From NCBI GenBank assembly GCA_033442325.1, contig JAWQFM010000025.1, positions 871,541-935,540 of the forward strand: a stretch of DNA of 64,000 nucleotides, given 5' to 3'. Positions 10,901 through 25,621 of the stretch are shown in pieces. The stretch comes from Salpingoeca rosetta (lineage: Eukaryota > Protista > Choanoflagellata). The notes beneath the pieces were generated by a model, which was given only the letters and a program-made list of their open reading frames with translations, made no database searches and was not told the origin of the DNA. The translations under genes and the position numbers were made by a program. Every line of letters begins with the position of its first letter. Positions within the stretch are counted from its first letter, which is position 1.

Positions 10901-13900
10901 GGGTGGATCGCCTTGCAAGTGCGGGGGTGAAAGCACCCTGAACGGATGCGGCCAAGCGTGTGCATCGGCTGCGCGTGCGTCTGCGGGCGACAGGGTCATG
11001 CGTGCCAGAACGGCCCGTTGTTCCGCATCAACAGCAGCGCCAGTTGCGGTGTCAAAGGCGTATTTTGGCGCGAAACTGTGGTCTTGGTTCGACAGGTGTC
11101 GTGCTGCTCGCGTTTTGATGGCGGCAAAGAACGCGGCCTGTGCTTGCGGATTGTGCACCGCCAACGCACCCGCCACGCTGCTGGCTGCTGAGCCAATGTG
11201 CTCGTCCATCGTCTTCACCTTTCCACCCGCTTCATCCACGAGCTATACAGGTGCACATGTGTGTGTGAATGTGTGCGTGTGAATGTGTGTGAATGTGTGT
11301 ATGCGTGTGAACGGTTGAGATATTGGATGAGTGATAAAGAGCGTGTGCTTTCAATGTGCAGTCAGTGGTCACAGCATTTCCTTCACCACACGTTTCAACA
11401 AAACACGTAAGCACACACACACACACACAGACACCGACACAGACAGACACACACAGACACCGACACAGACAGACACAGACACACACACGCACACACACAC
11501 ACACACCTGCTGAATGAGGGCCGCAGACCAGTCGTCAGTTGGCAGTGGTGCGACCCGCACACCACTGTTGTTGCTCATGGTACGCATGCTTGGCTGGAGT
11601 CGTCGCAATACATCTTCACTGAACTTCCACGCTGCGTCGGCAGGGCCTGTCTCCATCTCTTGCCTGCGCGATTCCTGCAGTTGTGTCACCATGCGGGAGA
11701 AGGTGGCGCTGCTGTTCGAGTCGCCATACACCACATACGTGCGATTGCCAGCTTCATCCCCGACAAGCATCGCGCCCTCCCCAGCGTAGTCCTCGTCGTC
11801 GTCGTCGTCATCGTGGTCGTTGTTGGGGTTGACGAGATAGACGTCGCAGCCGAGGTCTCGCGCTGTTGCGGCTACGTCTCGCCTCCGCACGATGCGTGAC
11901 ACGGGCACACGCGCAGGCCGCCATTCCGAGCTGATGAGGCCGGAGAGACGTTCACGCTCGCTCGTCACATCCTCGCGATACCCGTACACCAGCACAGCCA
12001 CCGAGGTGCGTTCGTGCAGACCAGTGAGCGACGCCGTTTCGCCAACACCCGCACAGTCCACGTCCAACACCCGCTGCACGTGCTGTTGCTGCTGCTGTGC
12101 ACGTTGGCGGCGCCTTTCGCGCCGTGACCCTGTGCGACTGCTGCTGTCGTCTCCTGTGATGGTGAAGCGCACGTGCGTTCCGTTGACGGCGATGTCCGTC
12201 ACACCGTGATTGCGCTTCCAGGAGTCCAACAGCCAAGCGGTCCATACTGCGTTGTCTGCATCGCCATTGTTCTGTTCACACCAGCGAAGCCAGCGGCCGA
12301 CTTGAACAAATGACATGTGGTCGTGGCTGCCACCGTGGTTGCGCTGCGCTTGCTGCTGCGTCAGGAGGTGCCAGCCTGGTGCCACGTTGCGAGCGTACGC
12401 ACACGCGCAAGCCGACTCATCATCGCCACCATCATCGCCCCTTTCAGCGTAGTATGTCTCTGGCAGAATAACACACTCGGCAACAATGTCTTGCTCAAGC
12501 TGGCGCAGGAGAGCGGCCAGCGCTTCTTCCGCCTGTGCTGTTTGGTACCCAAGACAGGTGATGTACACGCTTGCAATACAAGGGTCCTCCCCGCTGCTTG
12601 ACGCATTCACCATGCAGTCCAGCACCTTGCCCAGGCCTTGGTCTGTCCACATGTGCAGCAAGTCGCGACGCGTGTGTGCAGGGACACCTGGCAGCGCACT
12701 GGCAAGCGGCACGCTGACCCTGCACTCGCACAGCTGCTGCTCGACAATACTTTGCAGCTCATCAATAGCCGCTTGTAAGTCGTCGTCAAACGCCGCCCAG
12801 AGGCTGATGCCGCGCGCTGTGAGCGACACCACGCACGATTGTTCGCGCCACTCAAACTGGCTGGTGTTCTGTGGCACTCGCACGTTCAGCACTTCGCTGA
12901 GAACATGTGGGTCCTGCAGCGCCCGCAAGGCAACGTCTGTAAGGGCCACCGCATCCACGCTCGTGGCAAAACGAATGCTCTCCACCAGGGCCATTTGCTC
13001 TGGCGTGAACCCGCTGCTGCGCGGGAGAACAACAACTTTCTTGGCGTCACCTTGGCTGTGAACGTGTGATGTGCGTGAAGCAACATCGAGTAGGTCAATC
13101 ACCATCAGGCCCGACGTTTCCAGTCGACGCTCAACACGACGGTTCACCATGGCTGGGAATGGCGAACTCTCCAGTACCTGTTGCCGCTGTTGCTGTTGCT
13201 GCTGCCGACTTCCTCTGTTCCCTCGCTGTCCTCCCAACTGCTGCTGTTGCTGTTGCTGCTGTGCCAGTGACCTTGCTTGGAGGCTGAGGCCGCCCAAGCG
13301 CGCGTCCTCGCGGTGCAGCAGTGTGAGCAAGGGGTGCTCGAGCATAACGGGCAGGTTTGCAGCTGGGCCGCCACTGCCCGCTGTTGAGGTGATTTGGTCT
13401 GCCAGCCGGCGAACGTGCTGCGCGTAGTCGCTTGCGTAGAGCCACAACAACCCTGCAATGCCGCTTTGTCTTGTTGGATGCTGGGCCGAAGGAGGGAGAA
13501 CGGTGGCCATTGAAGCCACAGTAGGGCAATCATCATCATCCTCCTCCTCCTCCTCCTCCTCCTCCTCCTCCTCCTCCTCCTCATCATCATCATCATCATC
13601 ATCATCCCCTCTTCGTCCTCCACCACCACCACCACCACCACCACCACCACCACCATCACCACTGCTGGCACGTCCCCTTTCTCCCTGTTCGTCACCGCTG
13701 TCATCACTGTTGCCGTACCCGGTGCTGACATACGTCCACCCAAACGCTGCTGGGGGCGTTGCCATGCCATTCACAAGGTCCACCTCCTCGTGATACATCA
13801 CGACACAGCGCACGTGCTCGCCGCACTGCACACGCAAGTGCTCCAGAAACGTGGAGAGGGCATTCGGGTGCAGGTGACGGCTGCTTGCGTACACGAGAGC

Positions 13901-14261
13901 GACGGCACTTCTGCGCTTTGGCGACCCGCTGTGCTCTTGTTGTTCATGTGTTGACATGCCGTCGCTTCCACGTTCGCGCCCGTGCTGTGCCAGCTGCTGC
14001 TCCAACAAGGTGCGCACCGCTTCTGTTTGGTCCAACACCTTCTGCAGCGTTTCCATCGCGCTGCGTTTCACATAATCGTGACTGGTAAAGATAACCGTCA
14101 CATAATCCCAGCGCACGCAACCACGATCACCACTGTTCCCGTCACTCGTGTCTTGGCCAGCAGTGTTAATGCCGGCCTTGTGTTCGCCGTCATCACCATA
14201 CCCTTCCCCGTAGCCAGAGCCAGCATGGCTGTCCACACCCACGGCGCCGTCATAATCGCAG

Positions 14262-14339
<78 letters not shown>

Positions 14340-17300
14340 CTGTAGTGGTCAGAATTGTCGTCATCACTTGCGTCTGAGTCACTGGCCTGATTGACTGCGT
14401 GAAAGTCAAAAATGGTCGCTCCCCTGCACTCAAACGCCCGCATGAGTGCAGCAAACAGATCCTCTCCCACCATCTGATGGCACACAAGCAGCGGTGCAGT
14501 GGTCATTACCAGGTCAGGGATGCTGTTCACGGGGTGGAGCTCTGGGCGACACGTCAACGCGAAAGCTTCCTTGCACACCCGTATCAGGTCACTTGCGCCG
14601 TGCACTAGCCGCTCGCTGCCGTCGACCACATGTGTGGCCATTGCTGGAAGCGGTTGCTGGGGCGAAAGCAAATCGGGCAAAGCCGCCGCGCCCGGAATGT
14701 GACCATTTCCGGCGCTCTGAGTGGTTGTGTCGTTGTCGTTGCTGCTGCTGTTCGCGTCATCCTCACCCACATTGTCGCCGTCCTCATCATCAGTCCCAAG
14801 GATAACACGCGCCCTCATACTGTCAGCCGTGACGTACGCGGTGATGGCCTGCAACAGCGCGTGCGTGTGCACCATCCCAGAAACACGTGCCACCTGTAGG
14901 ATGCGTGCGATGGCGACGTTTCTGCTTGGCCGCTCAGCAGCCGCGGCGGCGCACATGATGTTTTCCAGCGCTGGCAGTGGGCAAAACACCTTCTGCACGC
15001 GGTTCAGAAACGCACGCGGGAGCGCCATCACAGCGCTCGGGTCGTCCACAAACACGAGTCGGCAGCTGTCGTGCATGCGCGTGTATCTCGAGCGACCCCC
15101 AACAGGGATGCGCACATAGGTCCACCCGCTCGCGCCAGCAGTGACGTCTGCAGCGGTGGCATGTCCGTTGATCACATCGTACAGCGTCTCCGCAATGAGG
15201 CGTGGGGCGAGCACGACACACACGCCCGGCTGCGCGATGGCAGCCAGCAGCCGCTTCAGGTACGCTGCCCGCACGCGTGCAAGCTGCGCTGATGTCCCAG
15301 CCATGGCTGATGTTGAACGTGTGCTGCTGCCATACCCACCGTGGCCGCACAGCGCTTGCATGTCTTCATCGCTCCAGCGTGGTGCCAGCACGCGCACGCG
15401 CACGCGCGGGACAGCTCCAGCAGGCATTGACATTTGACGAGACGCCTGTGGGAAAAGCGGTTGTACTGTGGGTGACGTCGGCGCTGCTGTCATGCTCGCC
15501 TGTGCCGGAAATGACGTATCAGGCAGCTGCGAGCTCAGTGCATATGGCGGGAGTGCTGAACGGATGATGATTTGCATGACAGCGGGCGTCAGTGGGGTGT
15601 CGCTCACCATGAGCGTGTGACGCTCACGCACACCCAACGACGATGGCACGGACGAGGACGTGCTGCCCCGATTGCGTCCCGTGATAGCAGCAGCAGCAGC
15701 AGCAGGAGAAGCAGAAGCAGTCGTTGAAGCAGCCGTGTGTGCCCCCCGTGTGCCGGGTGTTGAGGGCGCACTTGAGCTTGACGCGAGACTGGTGCCCGGC
15801 TGTATCGTGGGTGCGTGGATGCTGCTGACAAGCGCTGATGTGAGGAGCCGTTCCGAGCACGTGAGTGTTTGCACACGCCTGGTCACGTCACGCCACGCAG
15901 GGCGACGCGCCACGCAGTCAATGTGTTGCACTCTGCGGTTATTGAACAGGCGGCGCATACACTCTTCAATCAGGGACGGCTGAGAGACGGGCGACACAGC
16001 GCCGAATTCGCTCATCACGGCAATCCACAAGTTCTCCACAATGCTGCGGCCTGCCTCGTCAAATCCCTCGCCCCTGTTCCTGCGATCAACGGCATCATCA
16101 CCATCATCCCCATCATCACCATCATCCCCGTCGTCGTGTTTCCATCGTGGCTTCCTCTTTGTCCGCTGTTTCTGTTTCTTTCCTCTCTTGTTGGCGGCCG
16201 TGCTGCTTCCGCTCTGTCTTTGCTGTTGCTCCGACGTCTTGCCCCTTTGCGACTTCCTGTTCTTCTTCCTCTTGTTCCCCATCACCGCTGCCTCCTCATC
16301 GTCATCCCCGTTCTCGTCATCATCGTTGTCGTCGTCCGTGTGCGTCTGAGCGCGCGCGTGTGCGCCATCCTCTCTGCAGAGGAAGAAAAAGCGACGAAGC
16401 GTGCAGTAGAGGTCGCGAAGACCGTACGCACGCTGCTCACGTGTGGGTGTCGTCGTCTGGACACCGATGCTGGCTGCTGCAGTCAACTGCTGATACAAGG
16501 CAAGCAGCTCCTGTGACATGACGCGAATGGCGTCAACGACGTCCTCCACACTCACGCCGGAGGTGCGCTGCCTGTTCTGACCTTGTGGCGTTTGATGCAG
16601 GTGTGCAATGCGCGCCACTAGTTGTGTCATGTTCAGCTGTGCCAGTTGCACGTGGTTCGAGTAACGCTGCTGCAGTGCCCGCGCCAGGCCGCATGCAATG
16701 ACAACCTTGAGGTCGTGCGTGGACGCGCTGTGGCGCAGCACCACCGTGCCTCGGTTCATCTTCGCTGCGTCGAGAAACGTGTTGGAAAGCGCAAAGAACG
16801 GGATGCGGCTTGCTCGCGGCAAGCTGAGGTCGCACTGCCGGTCCAGCAGTGCATGGAGCACCTTGAGCGTGGGCACACGACCGGAGCCGGCGTACGACAG
16901 GCCAACCTCTTCGAGCACCACAGCCATAGCCTCCTTCATCTCCTCGGCACCGCTCTGTGCGTACGTCTGTGCACGCTCAAATTCTTTCTCCAGCATGCGT
17001 GCAGAGAGTTCAGGCGAGCACTGCAGAATGTACATGGTTGGTCGCCGCAGAAGCGAGCGCACGAAATCAGCCAGTCCTGTATCAACGCTGGCATGTGCGC
17101 CGTGACCACCATCAGCGCGGTTGTGTCCACCGCCCCCACGGCGCCGCCGCCGCCGCCGTGACCTTTGCCGTCGCCCCTGCTGCTGCTGCTGCTGTTGTTG
17201 TTGTTGCTGTAGTCCTGAGTTGGCAGGGTTGTGGTTCTGTTCTGCAGAGAGGTCGAGGTTGCGAAGTGCAGCGCGTGCGCATCGAGACACGAGTGCAAGG

Positions 17301-20300
17301 CTGATGGACTTGGATGTCCCCGGCTCACCAACGAGGAAAAGAGGCAGCCCCATGTAGATGTGAAGAATCATCAGAAACACGTTCTCGCACAGGGATTGCG
17401 TCAGGAATAGTCCTTCACACGCCTCCAATTGCAGCACGTGTCGCATCGCTTCCACGCACTCAAGCAGCGGTGATAGCAGCGTGACCACAGACGGGGGTAG
17501 CTGTGCAGTGAGCGACAGGGAGAGGAGATGCTGTTCAATGACAGGGTTAATAGGGCCCGCATCAATGGGGAACGATGGCACGTCCCATGCCTGCAAGCAA
17601 AACAGTTGGCGCTTGTGTTCGGGCAGCCGCAGCAGGAACACGGTCGCCACCGCCAAGCGCGCGCACCACCACAGGTCTTTGCGACGTCCTGCATGCGACC
17701 CTGCGCCTCTTCCTACACCGGAACCATGATGCACAGCACCGTCACCGTCATGGTTTGCACCACCACCGCCGCTGCCGTGACTGCCGCTATCATTTGCATT
17801 TGCACCGCTGCTGATGTGCGCAAACTCCGCCACCAGCTCGGCCGTTCGCACCACGTCACGAACACTTGGCGGCACAAGCTCTTCCTCCCGCGCACGTGCG
17901 CGTGTCTGAGATGCTGATGGGATGCCTGTTTGGCACCACTGCAGCAGCGTTGTGTAACAGCGGGCAACCAGGTGTGCAGCAGTAACCAACTGACCCGCAT
18001 CGCAACGAACGCCTGTGCTGGCGGCGTCACCGTGACGGCCACTGGCGCCTCTATCAGCACTGACATCATCATGCCCGTCCTCATCATCTCCAAAGTGCGG
18101 CGGCTGGTGGCTGCGGTCAAGGGTGAGCGCGGTGCTCAGCGCGCTGTACGCAATGAACTGAATATCCTCTGGGGAGTTGACGTCCATCGTCCAGGTGAAC
18201 TTGCGCAGGCTCGCTGTGAGCGGCAGCACCTTGTACAGGCCCACGCGCGTGTCTTGCTCACGTGAAGGGTTGCACGCGCCAACCACCCACACGTCCTGGC
18301 GCACGTGAGCCCGGCCAACCAGCCCATCGAGCATGCACGTCTGCACAACATCCAGAACATCGCAGCAGTTGGTTTCATCCATGAACACGACCGTGGTCGG
18401 TCTGGGTGGTGGCATGCCCACGTTACGCGCTCGCTGCATCTCTGCGCCTGTTGCTGTGATGCTGTGAGACGTCAACCACTCCAGCACTGTTCGCTCCGTG
18501 TGGCTGGGCTGAAGATCCAGAATGTGCAGCTGGGGTTGGGATGCGTGCACATTCTCTCCGTGCTGCTGGTGGTGGTGGTGCTGGTGCTGCCGCCGCTGCC
18601 GCCGCTGCCGCCGCTGCTGTTGGTGACGGTGGTCCTGATGTGGCTGCTCGTGCATGAGCTCGAAGAAGACGCGAATGAGGTACGTCTTGCCAACACCGGT
18701 TTCGCCTTCGAGGATGAGGGGCAGTCGCAGACTGGCGTGCAGGGCAAGCACAAGCAGCCGAATCATCACCAGTGGAGAGAACACAAACTGAGGAAACCTG
18801 CTGATGACGCGTTCCACTGCTGCCTCACCAAAGCAGTCCTCCACCGCCCTGGCCAGCGTGGCAACGGCCCATGCATAGTCCTGCGGGCTTCGCCGCCGCT
18901 GTTGGTGCTGGTGCTGCTGGTGCTGCTGCTGTTGTTGTTGTTGTTGTTGTTGTTCGCGGCGGGCATATTGTGTGCCCAGCTGTTGAATCACAGCGCCTGA
19001 TGTGCGTTGGATGTGTTCAAGCAGCCTGCTGTTGAGCAGTTCATGGGGTGCACTCGCGCCAGCAACTGGCGGGGGTGGCGGCTGTGCACCACTGCCCGCA
19101 CCGTTGCTGTTTTCGTCGCCCGCAACACCACCAATACCACCGCTGCCATCAGCGTGGAGTGGAGCGGGGTCTGCGAGCGATGACGGTTGCACGTGCTGCG
19201 GTGCTGCCGGAGCCAGAACAACCACATCGCTTGAACGATGGCGCATGCTTGGCACAACCAGACAGCACACGTCCTGCAAGCCCCACCTGCCTCCACCATC
19301 ACCACCATGATCACCATCAACACGACCACTATCACCACCATCATTGCGCGAGAGTAGCCACTGCAGGATGCGAGCAGCACCCCACCGCTGTTCCCACAGT
19401 GCGTGTGCAGTCGAACGCGCAGCACTATCAAGCGAAATGCCTTTCGTCAGCAGCATGGATGTGTTGCTGGTGGCTGACAGCCATGCAGCGAGCGCACAGC
19501 ACTTTCGCACCAACGCAAAGTCTCCACCCAGGGCAGACATGCGTGAAAACTCATGCAGTTGCGGGGACACGAGGTCTTGGCGCGCCGCCAGCCCATGGAA
19601 CAGGCCAAGCGCTGCTTTGGAGCTATCAACGCCCGAGGTGCTGCTGTCATCACCATCGTGCTCGCCGTGTGCTTGGAACGGCGCGACGGGCAGCTCGTCT
19701 GCAAGGAACGTGACAGGTGGTGTGCGTGCATGGCCGGGAGATGACGGGGTGGCGGGGGCGGTGGCGGTGATGCCTGATGTGGTGCTTGCATGCAGTTCAA
19801 TGAAGAACGTCATGGGTTGGCGCTCGTTGCCTCGAGCCGGATCTCGCGGCGTCGGCTGCCACAGCGTGCCTGCCGCTGACCGTGCACGACCAAACAGCGC
19901 AAGCTCAAGCAGCACACGTTCCATGGCGTTGTTTGGCGACGTGTTCAGGCGCGACTGCACCCACACAGTTGATGATGGGTCGTGGGCCAGCGAGTCCAGG
20001 AACGCATTCATGTCGGCACGCGAGAAGAGCATGTGGGGGTACACTGGGCGGCGGTGAGTGCGTTTTTGTAGCGTGCGCATGTGGTGCAGCAGGCGAAATG
20101 ACTTGCCAGTCTGCGCATCGCCCTTGACTGTGCTGGTGCTGATTGACCAGTGCTCAAGCAGCTCTTGCATGGCGTCAGGCAAGTGTCGGAGCGAGTCGAC
20201 GGTCGTATCGCGTGCGGCCCCGGACGGCATCACGTGTTGGTTGAAGTTCTTGACGACAGTGCGACCGACACTGCCAGCCTTGATGACGGAGAGGAAGACC

Positions 20301-23300
20301 ACATGTGTGGTTGCGCGTCGCAGGTTCCAACGCTTCACACGCGCCTCCACGTGTTTCCACTTGCGGAAATCAAGCGGCATCACGACCACGTGCGGTGCGC
20401 GTTCCTCGCACCACGTTCCGCGCTGCTCACCATCATCACCTCCTCCGCTGCCGTGTCCACTACCACCACGGCCGCTGCCACCACGTTGCTGTTGCTGTCG
20501 CTGGGTATGCTGGCCCTGACGCCGTTTGTCTTGTTCTTTGTCAGTCAGGTAGAGCGCACGCAGGAGAAAGCGATCAAACGCATCGCTGAAACCGCCATCG
20601 CCGCCAGCAGCAGCAGCAGCAGCAGTAGCAGCGACAGCATCGTCGGTACCAGCAGCAGGGAGGTGATGGTCACAGAAGAACACGGTGTGTAGCGCAGGGG
20701 GCGCGCTCACATGCTTCAAAGCCTCCAACATCCCCGCAAACAGCAGGCGGTGTGGTGAGGACGTATCATAAAGTCTGGGCGACACGCGCACGGACACGTG
20801 GATGCACGGGGCGCGCCGAGCACCAGTTTCAGACTGCGCTGTGTTCCTGCTCATCCGACGCGTGAACGACGCCGGCAACGATGGTGGCTCTGCCTGCGAG
20901 GCCATCAGAAACTGTTGAATGAACTTGAGCTTTCTCTCGAGCAGTGCGTCGATTTTCGCCGCCAAGTCACCTGGCGCTGCGGGGCCAAGCAGGTCTTTCA
21001 CGCGCTGTGCTTCCTCGTCCCTCTTTCGCGTTGAGAAGTGCGCCTTCCAGTCGCTGTCTGCAAGAGAGCGGAGGCGCTCGCTGCTGCCAATGCACTGCTC
21101 AAGCTGTGTCAGCTGTGGCAGCGACAGGCGGAGCAGGTGGTATCGGTCTCGCAAAAGCGCGCCGCGTTGCACACGGCCGTTCATCACCACCTTCTGCCAT
21201 TGCTGCGTGTACTTTTGCAGGTGAGACAGCACAGCCTTGCACTCACCCAGTCCGAACTTGAGCAGAACAGAGGACCTGCCTTCATCCCGGCTGACCGTGG
21301 GCGTGAAGTCAAACGCATTCACGGCATTCAGGTACTTGACAGCCGCCACGATGCTCTGCAAGTGCTCCACGCTCGTGGAGACCTCCTTCAGGACCTTTGC
21401 GCTGCCATCGCGTAGGCCGCTTGCATCTGCCGACTCCATGCTTTCCTTCAGGAACGCGAAAAAGTCGAGCAGCCGCTCCTTGTCCATCACATACGTGCAC
21501 TGTTCCCCACGGACGATGGTGAAATCAGGAATCAATGGTACATGCGCACTGCCAGGGCTGCTGCTGCTGCCACCATCACCACCATCACCACCATCGCTGC
21601 TACCACTGGCATCGCTAGCGCCGGTCATGGATTCCTCTTCAAAGCGCGGCTTGCGCAGGAACAGCTGGACTGAGTTCTGCGACTTGTCCCTGAGCTTGCT
21701 CAGTTCCCGCAGGTTTTCGGCAGAGCCAACTGCCTTGCCGCTGTGCGCGCGTTGCAGATCCTGCTCCAACCGCGTGATGTCCTGACGTCGTCTGATGGCG
21801 GCGTACGATGACACATCATCATCCTCATCGTTGTCAACTTCAGCACCGTCATCAACAACAGCGGGGAGACTGTCGCTGGAACCAGCAGCAGCAGCTGCTG
21901 CTGCTGCTGCATGTACCGTATCCCTCGCTTGCGCCAGCAAGAACGATTGGTCAAAGTAGCCCAGCAGCTTGTGATCCTCGCACACCTTGCGAAGAAACAG
22001 TGGAAGCCACAGGTCACCGTCACACAACCTCCGCGCGGTCCTGTAATTGCTGAAGAGGCGCGAATACTGCACAAAGAGGTCGCCGTTCGTGTCGTCAACA
22101 CGACCTGTGCGCTGCATGATGTAGCTGTCAAACGTGTCCGTGTCAAACGTGCTCTCGTACTTCTGCAGGAGGTCAAGCGGCAGCTGCTGCATCATCGCCA
22201 CAGCGCTCAGCACCGTTCTTGGGTTCAGCGCTGGGCAGCGCATGAGCGTCTCCTCCACGTGGATGTTGACGTCGTGGTTGTCGCCGCCGCAGAGGCCAAA
22301 GTCGCGCGGGAGAAGGTTGTCGTTTGCCAGGAGGCGGGCAAGCCTTTGCAGCTTGAAGTTGCCTCGCTCCCGCGCACACCGGAGGTGCTGAACGAACCAC
22401 GCGTCACGGTACGCTGACACCTTGTCGCGCACCTTGCTTGCCGCCTGCCCCGCCCACAAGAACGTCTTCACGTCGTCGCTCTCTCGTGGCAGCAGCATGC
22501 AAGCAAACAGCACCTGTTGCAAAAGGACAGCACGTGGACGTTTCAGCCAAGCGTGCACAGCCGTGTTGTCAGTTCCGCTCATCTTTGCAATGTCTGCGTC
22601 ACTAAATACCCGGACATCTGCGCCACACAGCCTGCCCTGCATCAACTTGTCTCCAAGCTCGCGTTCGGCACGCTCCTGCTGCTCCTTCAGCGCCCCAATG
22701 TATGGCGCACTGGCGGTGGCGATGTACTCCATGGGATCGACGTGGCACAGCGCCTTCGCGAGGGTGTAGGCTTCAATACCCGTGGGTAACGAGCCACGAA
22801 CCTCATCAATCAGTTTAGGGAACTGCATGATTGGGTAGTTGGCGAGCAGCGCAGCCACTTTCCTCGAGAGCGCCGCGTGCGTGCTTGGTGTAGCCGTGCT
22901 GCCAATGAACGCTGCTGCTGCTGGTGACGACGGTGTGGGTGTGGCGGCGTCAGCTGGCAGCGTGGGCGCGGTTGAAGAGGCGCCACCCACGTGATTGGAC
23001 GCAGTGCTGATGTGTCGCTGTGATGTGGTGGTGGTTGCCATCGTCATCATCGTTGCCGCTGTTGCTGCTGTTTTTGTTCTTGTTGAAAGCATTGCCTTGG
23101 ACTCTGTCACATCGGTGAGCGTGTGCTGTGTGTCGCGTTCGAGAGCAACAAGGGCATGATAGAGGGGCGAGTTCGCCAGGGCAGTTGGCGATGCCTGCTT
23201 CAGCACGTCGCTGATGATGGTCTGAACTTTAGATGGCAGCGGCTGAATGGCCTCGCGTACAAAGTTGGCCAGATGCCCTCGAAACTCTGCCAGGGCGCTG

Positions 23301-25578
23301 TCGATAAATGGGTGACCTAAGAGCAGCAGCACATCCTCAAGGGTTGCCGACGTTGCGTGTGCGCTGCTGGTGCAATGTGTATGCAGGCAGCATTGTGGCA
23401 GGTTCACTTGTTCGGGTGAAGAAGAGTTGGTGCCAGAGGTGCTGATGATCTTCGCCACAGCGTCAAGCTGACCTTCATATTCCTCAGCTTCAGCGAGCAA
23501 GATTGCAGCGAGTATATTCGCGTCATCGTCGCTGATCGTGTGCAGCGACAGGGACGTTGCACCGTCCTCACGTGAAGGTGTTGTCGTCGTTGCTGCTGCC
23601 GTTGCTGTTGGTGTTGCTGTCGGCGTTGTCGTTGCTGCTGCTCCTGTCGTTGTTGCTGCTGCTGTCGTTGTTGTCGTTGATGCTCCTGTCGGCGTTGTCG
23701 TTGCTGCTGCTGTTGCCGTCATTGCCGTGCTGCTGAAAGACGCCAGTGCAGCCCATACAGAGCGGACACCGGTCAAGGGCGGCACCAACTTGGCAACAGC
23801 GGCCGCATCCACGCGCTTCGTGCCTTCGTATTCACGTGCAATGTCTGCGAAGTGCTCATGGATGTTGCGTTGGCAAACGTCTGCCAGGCCACACAGCATG
23901 GCACGAAAACACGGGTGACCGTTGGGGAAACACTGGGAACGTAACGGCACAAGCTGCACCGGCAGCGGTGACGCTGGAGCTGTCGCTCCAGCCGAGGTTA
24001 TCGCTGCTGCTGCTGCTGATGATGACGGCGACGATGATGTTGTCGTTGTGGTTGATGTTGATGGGTGGTGGGTACTCGTCCACCCACGCCCAAAGAACGT
24101 TTGGAGTGATGATGTGAGTGAGCCCTCTGTTTCTGGCGGCAGGACAGCAGCCACATGCTGTCGCACCGCCCGCAGGTTGGGGAACAAGGTGGTGGCAGCG
24201 TTGTCATCGTGACCACTGCCAGGGTCACCCGTCTGCGTTGCACCGCCACCGTCATCATTCCCGCTGCTGCTGTTGATGTTGTTGCTGTCGCCACCAAAGA
24301 CGTGTGTTGTGAGCGCTGTTATGACAATGCAGAACGCCAGCACCTTTTCCTCGAGCGAGGTGAGCGTCATTGCGCGTGTGAACGCGTGCGAGTGGTTGTG
24401 TGACAACAGACCAACGGCGTGCCGTAACAAGCGCAAGTCACCATGCGAAACGCCGCCACTGCTGCTGCTGCTGCTGGTGCTGTTGAGTGATTGCGCCCAG
24501 TCGTGCACGCGCTGTTCATAGCTTGTGGTGCGGAGCGCAAGGACCTCAAGCAGCAGCCGCAGCTGGTGCGTGAGCGATGGCGGCGGGGTAGTTACTGCTG
24601 TTGTTGATGATGGTGCCGCTGTTGTTGTTGTTGATGTTGATGTTGTCGTTGCTGCCGCTGTTGTTGTCGTTGTTGGTGCAGTAGTGGCGTGTGCGCTGGA
24701 GCACCTGAGCCTGTCCAGGAAAGAGGTGGCCACATGTGCACGCAACTCTTCTGGGACAACCTGCAACACATGTGCGCACGTTGCGCGGTCATGTGTACAC
24801 GACTGCAGGGACGCGTCCACCTGCGAGACCACAGATGGCGGCACGAGGGTGCGGAGCGTGCTGATGAACACGGTGATCTGGTCAGGGGACGCAAACGTGT
24901 GCACGTGCGCGGCTGCCGCTGCCACAATGGCGTTTCCAATGTCATCGTTGTGCTTGAGCTCGCGCCACACCACCGCCATTCGCCGAAAATACTCCAACAC
25001 ATGCGTAGCGGTCGTGCTCACGGCGTGAGTGGTGCCGGGCGCACTGCTTGCAAGGGATGCAACGCTGCTGCCGCTGCTGCCGCTGGTGTTGCTGTTGGTG
25101 CTGCTGTTATTGGTATTGGCATGCGGTGTAGCTGCACGCACGACGGACTGGAACTCGTTCACCACCGCCCTCACGTGGTCGTTGTTGGCGGTCTTCCAGA
25201 GCAGAAAGAAGTTCCTCATCATCATGGACACGAGCGCACGAATGTCGTCGCCACTGCCACCGTCACCACGGTCGCCGACAGCGACTGTGCCGGGGAGCGC
25301 AAAGAGCTGGCGGGCAAATATGGCCGGGTTGCTGTGTAGGTGGTCCTTCACAGAGTCGAGTTGTGTCACGTAGTTCACAACATCTGGATGAAGCAGATCT
25401 TGCAGCGGCCACCGCTCAGTCTTCTTCAGGTTTGCCGCCAGTTCTGCATGGGACGTGATTAAGTTGGAGGGAACGGGAACGGTAAGGGTGAGTCGATGAA
25501 GGCAGTAGAGAGCGTGGCATGCGTCGGCTCATCAGAATGCACATGCGTGTACAGCGGGCAAATTGCGCTCACACGCTA

Positions 25579-25621
<43 letters not shown>

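Noticed and set aside
10412-11239. Stand-alone 275-aa ART gene as given in the ORF track
   Set aside because: It starts at GTG directly after a TAG acceptor and is phase-compatible with the upstream donor, so it is better modelled as the last exon of gene B.
23885-23940. QCFPNGHPCFRAMLCG in gene B resembles the start of the RNF213 RZ finger (CPNGHP)
   Set aside because: It lies N-terminal to the AAA core, the Cys spacing differs, and the downstream CxxC..IGG part is missing. Probably coincidence.
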